64,000 nucleotides of DNA from Tubulanus polymorphus (lineage: Eukaryota > Animalia > Nemertea): contig NC_134030.1 of assembly GCF_964204645.1 (NCBI RefSeq), positions 12,359,947 through 12,423,946 on the forward strand, given 5' to 3'. Made by a program: the position numbers and the translations under genes. The notes below the pieces were generated by a model that saw only the letters and a program-made list of their open reading frames with translations, was not told the origin of the DNA and searched no databases. This document shows, piece after piece, positions 13,171-23,877 of this stretch (positions within the stretch are counted from its first letter, which is position 1; each line of letters starts with the position of its first letter).

Positions 13171-13651
13171 CTGAAACACACGAGATAAATACAAATATAG
13201 ACTAATCAGCATGACTTCGCAGTAAATAGTTTAAAAGATCGCCATGATTTCGGTTAACGAACATACAATCTATAGTCAAATCTATCATCCTAAATGTTTC
13301 ATGCTTCTGCTTCATACCATTACCTACATCTTAATGGGTTATCTTTACATTCCATCTTGCATCTTACATTTTCAGAAGCTGTCTTTTAAAAAACCTAATC
13401 TCTATGAACTTTCTCCTCCAGTAAAGGAAACGAAAAATCCTCTAACATAACCAAAACAGATCCCCATTCTGTACCCACTAAATCCTGGTATGTGCAAAGG
13501 CCCAGAGCAATAAACCTTAAACGCACAGAGCTACACATGTTTTTAAACAAATGTCTATTAATTTCCCAATAAATCTACCCAGTCCAGGCCTACCGACCAA
13601 GCCCGGGGGCTACAAATACAGATATAAAACTGAGAAAATAAAAACACTCAC

Positions 13652-14044
13652 CGGTTCAGAAACCCCATCTGGGGTTACCGCATCACTCTCCGCACCGACC
13701 GTGCTTGTACTAGGTGCGGGCACAGACTTCCTTTTTTTTGGTACCTGAGGGAGCTTGTTCGCGTTCTCGTTAGCGAAAATTATCAAGTGGTGCGCTAGCA
13801 GCGGACCTTCCGTCTCCTCCCAGTCCACCAGCGTTAACAGATCACTCATCTTTTTACCAGTCAGTGAAAATACCGCATCATCCACATACTTCCTCGGTGC
13901 CGCTTCTAGTGGCTTAAGCCTTTCGAACCTAGCTAAGGCTGTAGGCCGATCTAGGTTCAGATCTAACCCTCTTAATCTCAATAACATGGGGATGATGTCC
14001 ACCGTTTTCAAACCGTCTGACGATTTTAAAACCACCGGTTCCAT
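13652..14044 (-). CDS. Shared 131-aa N-terminal coding exon of the YR retrotransposon, copy A
   Basis: TTTCAG|AG-ATG acceptor and start, CCG|GTGAGT phase-0 donor, PKKRK motif. Confidence 0.72.
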
Positions 14045-14734
14045 CTCTGAAACAGATATGCGAAAAGAACATCAAAATTACTACCGCATCGTACCAGGAA
14101 TAAAATTTAAAAGTATTAGCAAACTGATCCTAACAACCGTCGACAAAGTTTAACCAAATATATACATGTGACCAGACCAGAAAAACGTTAAATTTTCGGC
14201 CACATGCCGAAATTATTTCTCTAGCCACCATCTTAAATTAAACAAGAACTAATACGACAGTAATACACTAATAAAAACTCACCTTAAATCCTCTGTACGA
14301 TACACAGTCAAACAAGTCTAATAATACCACCGAGCTCCAAAACTGTCCTCAAATCTGAAAAGCGATTTGACTAACAGGACTTGATGCTAACCCAACACTA
14401 CCGCTAACTACAAAACGAGACCAAGGACTAGGTAAAACGTCACCAGATTGCCTTTACACGCCCAGTAAGATTAAACCGAATTTTGAAAAGCCAATGAAAT
14501 CCCACAAAAGAATTCCAAATCCAGACCTTGGAAATGCGCCTATGAATGAAATAAATCTAGCAAAATGCACGCACTGTGACTTACAGTATTTACCCACGTC
14601 CCAATAAAGGCAAAAGCAATCACGCATGTAGCACTGTAACCTAAATGTCATTGACGGTCAAAATGTACCAAAGTACCCTAGTACTTCTAACCTGACCGAG
14701 AATTTTGCCTCAATAAAATCACTATCAATCCATC

Positions 14735-15075
14735 TCCCGTGCTTCATCCAAAATACTGCACTTATCCCAGAAAATCTAAAAGACCATCTGCCCGTGCTTA
14801 AACCCAAAATCACGGTACCGTATAACCCAAAACATCAAAATCAGTGTTTCATCCGAAATGACTGCACCAAAATTAACAAACCTAGTGCTTCATCCTAAAT
14901 TACTGCACTAAAACTAACAAAACCAGTGTTTCATCCGAAATGACTGCACCAAAAATAAATAAAAACCAGTGTTTCATCCGAAATGACTACACTAAAATCA
15001 ATAAACTCCAGTGTTTCATCCAAAATGACTGCACTAAAACTAATAAACCCAGTGTTTCATCCAAGATGACTACAC
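14735..15075. repeat. ~38-bp tandem array in the element 5' region, copy A
   Basis: Repeated CCAGTGTTTCATCCGAAATGACTGCAC..AAA units. Confidence 0.85.
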
Positions 15076-15949
15076 CAAAGTCTCCAAACCAGGCAAAAGG
15101 GGACGAAAACTAAAGAGGAAACCACAAACAAAATTCCAAAGAAAAATACCAAATGCTACCGGAAAGGAACCACAGAAAATCGGCAAACGCAGGAGACAAA
15201 ACTCACCACAAAACAGCTGACCACACACGTCCGATAGCTTCGAAAGCAAACTAAGAAGTGACCGCGTCACTAGTGTCACATGATCAGTGTGGATAGTATA
15301 CACTACTATAGTGATACTGTAACGCTGCTTGCTGGTGCGTTTGACATTTCATCAGCAGAAGATGAGCGCTGTATCTTCTGTTTGATAGAATTTGTAATAA
15401 ATTGTAATTTCTTGTGACCTGAAAATACTAAGCAGCAAATTTAATCGTCGCGATCGGGCGAAAAAATACGCTCAACCTTTAGCCGAACTATCGAAAAGAA
15501 GTTACCGTTCTGCGTACGAATTCGGTCGCTACGTTCCTATTTACGTTGGAACTCACACTCGTCCGTTGAATGAGCAGAACAGGGCAATCGATGTTCATTC
15601 AATAACCATGCCGGCCATGCCGGCCATGCAAACAAAAGACAGCCTACCGTCTACGGATGGAAGACGCGCCACGCCTTCGATGTCGTCGACGATTAATTAA
15701 AAGTTGAATTTCAATCGACGAGATAAATCCAATTGGGTTCTCCACCATGCTGTATTGATCTCCTCTCTCTTTTGCTTCGGATTCCGTGGATCGAGTGGAT
15801 TAAAAAACCCTAAGAGGACAAACGATTAACTTCGATTTAACATATCTTTATTTTTCCATCTCAAATACGCTTCTCTATGGCATCAACGCTCCCTCTACAA
15901 AATCACGTGACACTTACGTCACACAATCAATATTACTATATAACATTTT

Positions 15950-18606
15950 CTACGCTGAAAGGTTTGAGGCTGAGGACTTCTTTAACGAATCCAATGTAGA
16001 TATTTCTAATTTGAAAGCAGATATTCGTCTCAACAAAGAAAATGCGTTAATTATTGGGGTTATCGCCTGACTGATTTCTGCAAAACTCACGGGTTACTTA
16101 TTGCAAATGGCAGAATTTGGTAAGGATAGAGGTGTGGGTGCTTATACATGTCTTAAACGGAATAGCCAGCGCGTCATAGATTGTCTCGTCCCACATCCTA
16201 AAGTGTGCCGAGTTCGAATTCAAAGAGTTTAACCATATGTTTTCGGATGTGCACTACCCAATTAAGTGTATTCTAAATACATTGGACCGTATCGAGTGTA
16301 ATGTTCCCCCTCGTTTTAACAATAAAAGGAATAAAGAGAAGTTAAAGTGGAATCCCGTGAACCAGGCAATTTGAGAATCTTTTCCTCAAAAATTTTAGAT
16401 GATATGATATCAGATATATCACTGAATAAAATTTACTGTAACGTTGCGAATGAACGGTTATGTGAACACTTGGTCGAAGCAACTGAAGCGTCAATGGGTA
16501 GGTTTAAAATCAACAACAAGGGTCAAGAAGTACACAAAGCAAGGACTCGGTATTCTATAATGCAAATGTAAAACTGAATCAGAGAAACTTTAGAAGAGCG
16601 AAACGACGCTATCGATTTAGCAAAACTAATACTAATCGTATAAATGTTAATGATGCCTCTAAAGAGTATTAAGGATCTCTGAAACGCAGGAAGCTAGAAC
16701 AGGCAAAATTACATAACAAGACTCTGAGATCAATGGAAAATAGGTACCCAAAATATTATTTCTAAATATTTCAAAATACCGAGTTGTTCTGCCTGTAAAG
16801 CTTCTCTGGAAGATCTCTTCCACCATTTTAGTCACCTAAATGACAATATAGATGAGAGTTGTTCAGTAGAACAAAATATATCTAATGTAGAAACTTCGTT
16901 GATAACCTATTTGTCGATGACTTGAATAAGGATATAAACGGAAGCGAAAACCCCCTGAACCAGAACCAAGCGGGCTTCCGGAAGAAGCGTAGTATCAGAA
17001 CTGTATAGTATCAACGAGCATATTTCTTATTAAAACAATTGTGGACCTTTTCTTGAAAGACAATAGAAAGTTGTACTGTGAATTTATTGATTATATTAAG
17101 GCATTCGACACTGTATGGAGGAGAACAATGTATAGCAATATAAGAGCTGTAGTTGAAGTTAAGGAGGTTAATTCAGAATCTTTCCAAAATAATCTTGGTT
17201 TAAGACAAGGAGAAAATTTATCGCCGGTGCTCTTCTACATATGCGTCGATGACCTCGACGAATACATGTATTAAAATAGTTGCTCATCTATCAATTTCCC
17301 TGTAAGGCCACACCAAAAGAAAACCCTGTTTCTCGGGCCCGACCGACCCGATATTTCCCCATTTCAAATAATCATTTTCAGAATAAAATATCCGCCTACT
17401 GACCCTTTTTCAAAATTTTAGGTGAATAAACTTTTTTCAAAAATATATATGTGGCCGACCGACTACCAAACTCCTTTCTCGTAAATATTTTTTTACCAAA
17501 TCATGATGTCGGCACTGAGATCAACATCAATAACATTTTATTATATCGGATTTAAAATTTGATTCTGGAAATGGCGCAGCCATGCTCAGACAACTTTGCT
17601 AATCGGACTTTGATGGCGACTTTGGAGTGTAAAATTCCTGGAATTCCGTGAAATATGTTCAAAATATAGTTTTTTTTATAGTTAATTGTACAAACACCTC
17701 AATTTCCTTTTATTATTGTGGTCTACTAGCTGTTAATCATATTCCTGACTAAAAATTTAGTTCAGTAAAAATTATTTACGGCAACCTACCCACTGATAGA
17801 AGAATAAACGATATTTTTTTTCTATAAAAAGAAAAAAAAATGTCCTACCTACCTACCCATTTTGGTGATTGCCCTGCCCGAGAAATAGGATTTTCTTTTG
17901 GTGTGGCCTAAATGATATGTGGCTCCGGCTCTTAGCATTATTGTATGCAGACGATACTATCTTGATAGCTGAAAGTGTAGCTAATCTGCAGCAGATGCGT
18001 GATGTAACGGCTAGTTATTGTAAATTGTGGAAACTAATTATCATTACCGATAAAACGAAAGAAGCTCAAAGCGTTACCCAACTTTTTACATAGACGGAAA
18101 TGAAATAAAAAACTAAAGATTTTCGATACCTAGGGATAATATTTAACTACACTGGGTCGTTTAGTAAGCGTAAGGAAAGTATTTGTGAACATGCCAAGGA
18201 AAGACTATTTATGAACTTAAAAAGGTGAAAGAACAGTTACTGGAACTGGATGTAGCTCCTAGGTCATTTGACTCTATGTTTGCACCAATTCTAACATTTT
18301 GGGCTTAGGTTTGGGTTTTCGAGGATGTACAATGTATTGAAATAGTCCATCTCCTTTTTTGCAAGTGTATACTCAAACTCAAGCTGTCAACTCCAAATGG
18401 TATGATAAGGTCGTTTCCCTCTTGAAATAATAATCAAGATCAGGTTAATAAATTCTGGGGCAATCTAGTCTCAAGACAAGAGACGGTTTTTTTGTTAAAC
18501 TGTATCAAGTTTTATCAAATAACATTAAATAAAATTTTATTAGGTAATGTGAATTCCAAATGGATGACTTTTGCCAAATCTATTGCGGCTTTGGTGAATT
18601 CTGGTT
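15950..18606 (+). mobile_element. 5'/central portion of a degenerate LINE (APE endonuclease end and RT), interrupted by a MITE and by the YR element
   Basis: Fragments ANGRI/GKDRGVGAYTCL...VIDC, FSDVH, NQAGFRKKRS, FIDYIKAFDTVWR, GLRQGENLSPVLF, LYADDT, FRYLGIIF, ending CGFGEFWF at the copy B junction. 5' boundary approximate. Confidence 0.85.
17306..17908. mobile_element. PIF/Harbinger-type MITE inserted in the LINE RT
   Basis: 32-bp TIRs GGCCACACCAAAAGAAAA(C/T)CCT(G/A)TTTCTCGGG with 2 mismatches. TAA duplicated at 17303-17305 and 17909-17911. Removing it restores INFPVNDMWLRLLALLYADD. Confidence 0.92.
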
Positions 18607-18829
18607 CTATCCACACTGATCATGTGACACTAGTGACGCGGTCACTTCTTAGTTTGCTTTCGAAGCTATCGGACGTGTGTGGTCAGCTGTTTTGTGGTGA
18701 GTTTTGTCTCCTGCGTTTGCCGATTTTCTGTGGTTCCTTTCCGGTAGCATTTGGTATTTTTCTTTGGAATTTTGTTTGTGGTTTCCTCTTTAGTTTTCGT
18801 CCCCTTTTGCCTGGTTTGGAGACTTTGGT

Positions 18830-19170
18830 GTAGTCATCTTGGATGAAACACTGGGTTTATTAGTTTTAGTGCAGTCATTTTGGATGAAACACTGGAGTTT
18901 ATTGATTTTAGTGTAGTCATTTCGGATGAAACACTGGTTTTTATTTATTTTTGGTGCAGTCATTTCGGATGAAACACTGGTTTTGTTAGTTTTAGTGCAG
19001 TAATTTAGGATGAAGCACTAGGTTTGTTAATTTTGGTGCAGTCATTTCGGATGAAACACTGATTTTGATGTTTTGGGTTATACGGTACCGTGATTTTGGG
19101 TTTAAGCACGGGCAGATGGTCTTTTAGATTTTCTGGGATAAGTGCAGTATTTTGGATGAAGCACGGGAGA
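18830..19170. repeat. ~38-bp tandem array in the element 5' region, copy B
   Basis: About 8 units of GTGCAGTCATTT(C/T)GGATGAAACACTGG + T-rich linker, degenerating towards the 3' end. Confidence 0.85.
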
Positions 19171-19548
19171 TGGATTGATAGTGATTTTATTGAGGCAAAA
19201 TTCTCGGTCAGGTTAGAAGTACTAGGGTACTTTGGTACATTTTGACCGTCAATGACATTTAGGTTACAGTGCTACATGCGTGATTGCTTTTGCCTTTATT
19301 GGGACGTGGGTAAATACTGTAAGTCACAGTGCGTGCATTTTGCTAGATTTATTTCATTCATAGGCGCATTTCCAAGGTCTGGATTTGGAATTCTTTTGTG
19401 GGATTTCATTGGCTTTTCAAAATTCGGTTTAATCTTACTGGGCGTGTAAAGGCAATCTGGTGACGTTTTACCTAGTCCTTGGTCTCGTTTTGTAGTTAGC
19501 GGTAGTGTTGGGTTAGCATCAAGTCCTGTTAGTCAAATCGCTTTTCAG

Positions 19549-19620
19549 ATTTGAGGACAGTTTTGGAGCTCGGTGGTATTATTAGACTTGTTTGACTGTG
19601 TATCGTACAGAGGATTTAAG
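19549..19620 (+). other. Predicted non-coding 5' exon of the element transcript
   Basis: Acceptor CTTTTCAG| at 19548 and donor AAG|GTGAGT at 19620/19621. A further GTG|GTGAGT donor lies upstream at 18696/18697. Confidence 0.5.
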
Positions 19621-19858
19621 GTGAGTTTTTATTAGTGTATTACTGTCGTATTAGTTCTTGTTTAATTTAAGATGGTGGCTAGAGAAATAATTTCGGCATG
19701 TGGCCGAAAATTTAACGTTTTTCTGGTCTGGTCACATGTATATATTTGGTTAAACTTTGTCGACGGTTGTTAGGATCAGTTTGCTAATACTTTTAAATTT
19801 TATTCCTGGTACGATGCGGTAGTAATTTTGATGTTCTTTTCGCATATCTGTTTCAGAG

Positions 19859-20251
19859 ATGGAACCGGTGGTTTTAAAATCGTCAGACGGTTTGAAAACG
19901 GTGGACATCATCCCCATGTTATTGAGATTAAGAGGGTTAGATCTGAACCTAGATCGGCCTACAGCCTTAGCTAGGTTCGAAAGGCTTAAGCCACTAGAAG
20001 CGGCACCGAGGAAGTATGTGGATGATGCGGTATTTTCACTGACTGGTAAAAAGATGAGTGATCTGTTAACGCTGGTGGACTGGGAGGAGACGGAAGGTCC
20101 GCTGCTAGCGCACCACTTGATAATTTTCGCTAACGAGAACGCGAACAAGCTCCCTCAGGTACCAAAAAAAAGGAAGTCTGTGCCCGCACCTAGTACAAGC
20201 ACGGTCGGTGCGGAGAGTGATGCGGTAACCCCAGATGGGGTTTCTGAACCG
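19859..20251 (+). CDS. Shared 131-aa N-terminal coding exon, copy B
   Basis: Acceptor TTTCAG| at 19856, ATG at 19859, donor CCG|GTGAGT at 20251/20252 (393 nt, phase 0). Confidence 0.72.
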
Positions 20252-20732
20252 GTGAGTGTTTTTATTTTCTCAGTTTTATATCTGTATTTGTAGCCCCCGG
20301 GCTTGGTCGGTAGGCCTGGACTGGGTAGATTTATTGGGAAATTAATAGACATTTGTTTAAAAACATGTGTAGCTCTGTGCGTTTAAGGTTTATTGCTCTG
20401 GGCCTTTGCACATACCAGGATTTAGTGGGTACAGAATGGGGATCTGTTTTGGTTATGTTAGAGGATTTTTCGTTTCCTTTACTGGAGGAGAAAGTTCATA
20501 GAGATTAGGTTTTTTAAAAGACAGCTTCTGAAAATGTAAGATGCAAGATGGAATGTAAAGATAACCCATTAAGATGTAGGTAATGGTATGAAGCAGAAGC
20601 ATGAAACATTTAGGATGATAGATTTGACTATAGATTGTATGTTCGTTAACCGAAATCATGGCGATCTTTTAAACTATTTACTGCGAAGTCATGCTGATTA
20701 GTCTATATTTGTATTTATCTCGTGTGTTTCAG

Positions 20733-21275
20733 GACAAAAAATTGTTAGAGCGTCTGGAGGAACTCGAGAAGAAGGTTACACATCCAGCTCGTTCAGTAGA
20801 GAGCGCTCTGATGCAGGTGAGGGCAGCGCTTCAAAGGCCGGGCTCTTTCTTTGATCCATACTTCCTTCTCGGTTGTATGGAAGGCTTGGTAGAGGTGGCA
20901 GCTGAAACCACAGATCCGAAAAAAGGGTATTTTGATTCTGTGCTGAAAAGTATCAAGAGAAATATCGATTCTCCAGACTTACCTGCTTTGTGTAGGCGTT
21001 TGATTGGCTCCCCGGATGATGAAAAAGTGGCATCAGTGGAGGCAAAATGGGCTAAAAAGCCGCACACAAACAATTATTACCCAACTTACGGCTATTGGGG
21101 TGGGTCGGGTGTAGGCAGGGGATATGTTGGGCGCCGAGGTTACGGTACAAGGAGAGCAGGGAGAAGTTCTAGGGGGAATTGTTTCTTATGCCGCAAAGAG
21201 GGTCATTTTGTTCGCGACTGTCCTGAGAATAAGCAACCACAAGTGGTAACGAAGACTGAAAGTGAGGTTGTCTAA
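20733..21275 (+). CDS. gag: gag-like exon (spliced product 311 aa), copy B
   Basis: TTTCAG|GAC phase-0 acceptor, RG-rich region, CCHC knuckle. Confidence 0.82.
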   Translation, partial: DKKLLERLEELEKKVTHPARSVESALMQVRAALQRPGSFFDPYFLLGCMEGLVEVAAETTDPKKGYFDSVLKSIKRNIDSPDLPALCRRLIGSPDDEKVASVEAKWAKKPHTNNYYPTYGYWGGSGVGRGYVGRRGYGTRRAGRSSRGNCFLCRKEGHFVRDCPENKQPQVVTKTESEVV

Positions 21276-21516
21276 ATGAGTTAGAACCTGATTGGATTTA
21301 GTTTTGGATGATACGTAATGTTATATTGTGTTGTTAAAGATGTTAAACAAGGTTATTTTCTCTCCATTAAATTGATCATATGTTGGATAATTCATTTTGT
21401 TATCGGTTGTTTGTGATCGGTTGGCTTTGTTGTCACAGGCTATCTAAGTCTGTTGTCACGGCTTATGTCGTGCTGGCAACGGGGCTGGACTGATGGACCT
21501 TAGTGTGTCTTTTCAG

Positions 21517-23690
21517 GATTTTGTTCCGTTGAAGATACCTGTGTGTAAACCCGTGTTTTGGGTTGGTGCTAGAGGTTCATCCGTCCAGTTACCGTTGCCT
21601 GAGGTCGTCTCAGCCGAGACCGTTTCGAAATCGGCGGACAAGTATAACAATTTGACAATTTTTGACCTGCCCCTCAGGGACCCGGAGAATTTCGTCGCAG
21701 GTGAACTGAGTCGCCATCTGGAGGAATGGGAATTTATTCTACGGCAGTCAGAGGATCCGTTGTCAGACACGATATTATCTTGGGTGCGAGATGGTGTTCA
21801 TATCCCAGATTTCTTTAAGAGGTTTAAGGGTCAGTTTAAAGGCAAGACGTATGATTGTGATGCGCCCCCAAAAACGGTGTTCCCGAATGCTGGAAACTGC
21901 GAACAATTTGAAGATTTTATTTCTACAACATTAAAAGGTCGGGTGGCTAATGGATCACTCAAGGTCTGGGGAAAGGTTGGGGTCGATCCACCCCGCATTT
22001 AGTTATGCCCTTGACGGTTGAACCCACGAAACCCAGAATGTGCCACGACGAACGATTTCTAAATCTATGGATTCGGGACTCGCCTTTCCATTTGGAAACT
22101 TTGGTAAACGTACCTCGCATGCTACATAAAAGCGCGTTTATGACCTCTGTCGATGATAAAAGTGGTTACGACCACATCAGGGTAACACCGGGAAGTGAGG
22201 TGTATTTGGGAATCAACTGGAAACGTTGGTATTACGTTTACACCGTTATTCCTTTTGGTTTTAAGGCCTCGGCCTATATATACCAGAAAACTGGCTTGGT
22301 TGCAACGGGTTACCTTCGAGACCTAGGAGTACAGATAACTCAATACATTGATGACCGTTTAAATGGGGAGCTTTTAAGTTCCTCGGCTAGGGGTTTAGAA
22401 TCCATCACAAAGGCTAGGCTAGCTCTATATATGACGGCCCAAGTTTTAACAAGACTAGGGTATTTTCTAGGCCTCCTTAAATGCGTCCTGGAACCGTGTC
22501 AGTTATTAAAGCATTTAGGCTTATTTGTTAACACTATAGAGGAACGTTTTGAGATCCCAAATGATAAGGTGGTAAAATTTGCCATTTTAAGGGACAATAT
22601 TTTATCGTCCGAATTCGTTAACATTAAAACCATTCAGCGGTTTGTGGGTAAGATCATATCCTTCTCGTTGGTTGTACCAGCTGCGAAGCTTTATACAAGG
22701 GAGTCAAACTTAGCTATTTCTAAGGCATTCAGAAACTCGAGACTCATTAGGGTTGGGGGCAACCTCAGAACTGAGATAGAGTACTGAAAGATAATTGAAT
22801 GTTTGCCAAGGGTGGTAAGGTGGCGCCAAGAGTGGCATGTCAGAATTCAGATGTACACGGACGCATCCTCTTTAGATGGGGTGGGATAGTCACGATTGGT
22901 GAGCAGAGGTTTGAGCCCTCCGATTATTGGCCACAGGAGCTGGTACAAAAACCCATTGTAATAAACCCTGGCACTTAAAAACGTTTTAATGGTGGTTTCT
23001 GATAAAATTGGAGACAGTAGAGTAGACGCTTTTGTAGATAATAAAACTATGATTGCGGCATGGGTTGGTGAAGGTTCCAAATCACATGATCTGTCAGAAG
23101 CAATTAAGCTTTTGTTTGAACTAACAGCAGAACAAAATGTGTTGTTGAAATTGCATTATGTACCGTCAAAAGAGAATCTAGCAGACGCTCCCTCGCGAAT
23201 TTTGCGAAAATCGGAATGTATGTTATCTCCGCGTATGTGGCAGCTCGTGCAACGTGAATATGGGGGTGAAAACGGACACTCGGTTGATTTGATGGCCCTT
23301 GATTCGAACGTAATGGTAGATTTGTCAGGCTCTCCACTACGACATTTTACGCCAACGCCATCTACTGATTCTTGTGGTGTAGATCTGTTCGCACAAAATC
23401 TATGCGACGAGGTTAATCCATATGTGTTTCCGCCAATTTCTAAGATACCGGCGGTTTTACGATTCTTGGCAGACGCGGTCAAAGAAACATCTATCGTCAT
23501 TCCAGAAATCTTTCCGAGGCCATTCTGGTGGCCTTTGGTAACCTCTCATGCATCCAAACGTCGCCTGCTTGGCAAAAAGGGAGATGTGGGTGTTTTGAAA
23601 TATCCGACTAAAAAAGGTTTTGTGGAGGTTACAGTAGGCATCCCGTGGGATCTGTTTGTTTATAGGATAGATTTTGATAGATTAGATTGA
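21517..23690 (+). pseudogene. pol: Disrupted pol (RT-RNase H-methyltransferase-like), copy B
   Basis: TTTTCAG|GAT phase-0 acceptor. Frameshifts near 21993, 22872 and 22964; in-frame TGA at 22785-22787. Confidence 0.88.
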
Positions 23691-23877
23691 AAGATTAAAT
23701 TGACATGTTTTCCTGAGCGATAACATGGTGTTGCGTAACGGTGGTCTTTATTTTCTACTCTGATCTATGCACGGTAAAATCCGGATGCATAACTCTGCTT
23801 TTACGTTAATAAACGCTTTGTCTTTTCTGATATACCTCGTTTGTTATGGTTCTTTTAAGATCTGTCATATTTTACAG

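Larger units (their letters stand above)
8154..15296 (-). mobile_element. Tyrosine-recombinase retrotransposon, DIRS group, PAT-like split direct repeats, ALOG-YR class; copy A
   Basis: Encodes gag (CCHC), RT (YIDD), RNase H, a methyltransferase-like domain and YR. Split repeats: A1 15246-15296, B1-A2 8349-8466, B2 8154-8221. Reverse complement of copy B (coordinates sum to 33903 over most of its length). Confidence 0.95.

Noticed and set aside
18492-18833. ORFs crossing element ends (also 15070-15303, 8383-8601, 25302-25520) and antisense ORFs inside the elements
   Set aside because: Chimeric or shadow frames with no motifs.
21990-22005. Programmed frameshifting or readthrough to explain the pol breaks
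   Set aside because: Four separate breaks, some inside RNase H core motifs, and no clear slippery heptamer; decay is simpler.
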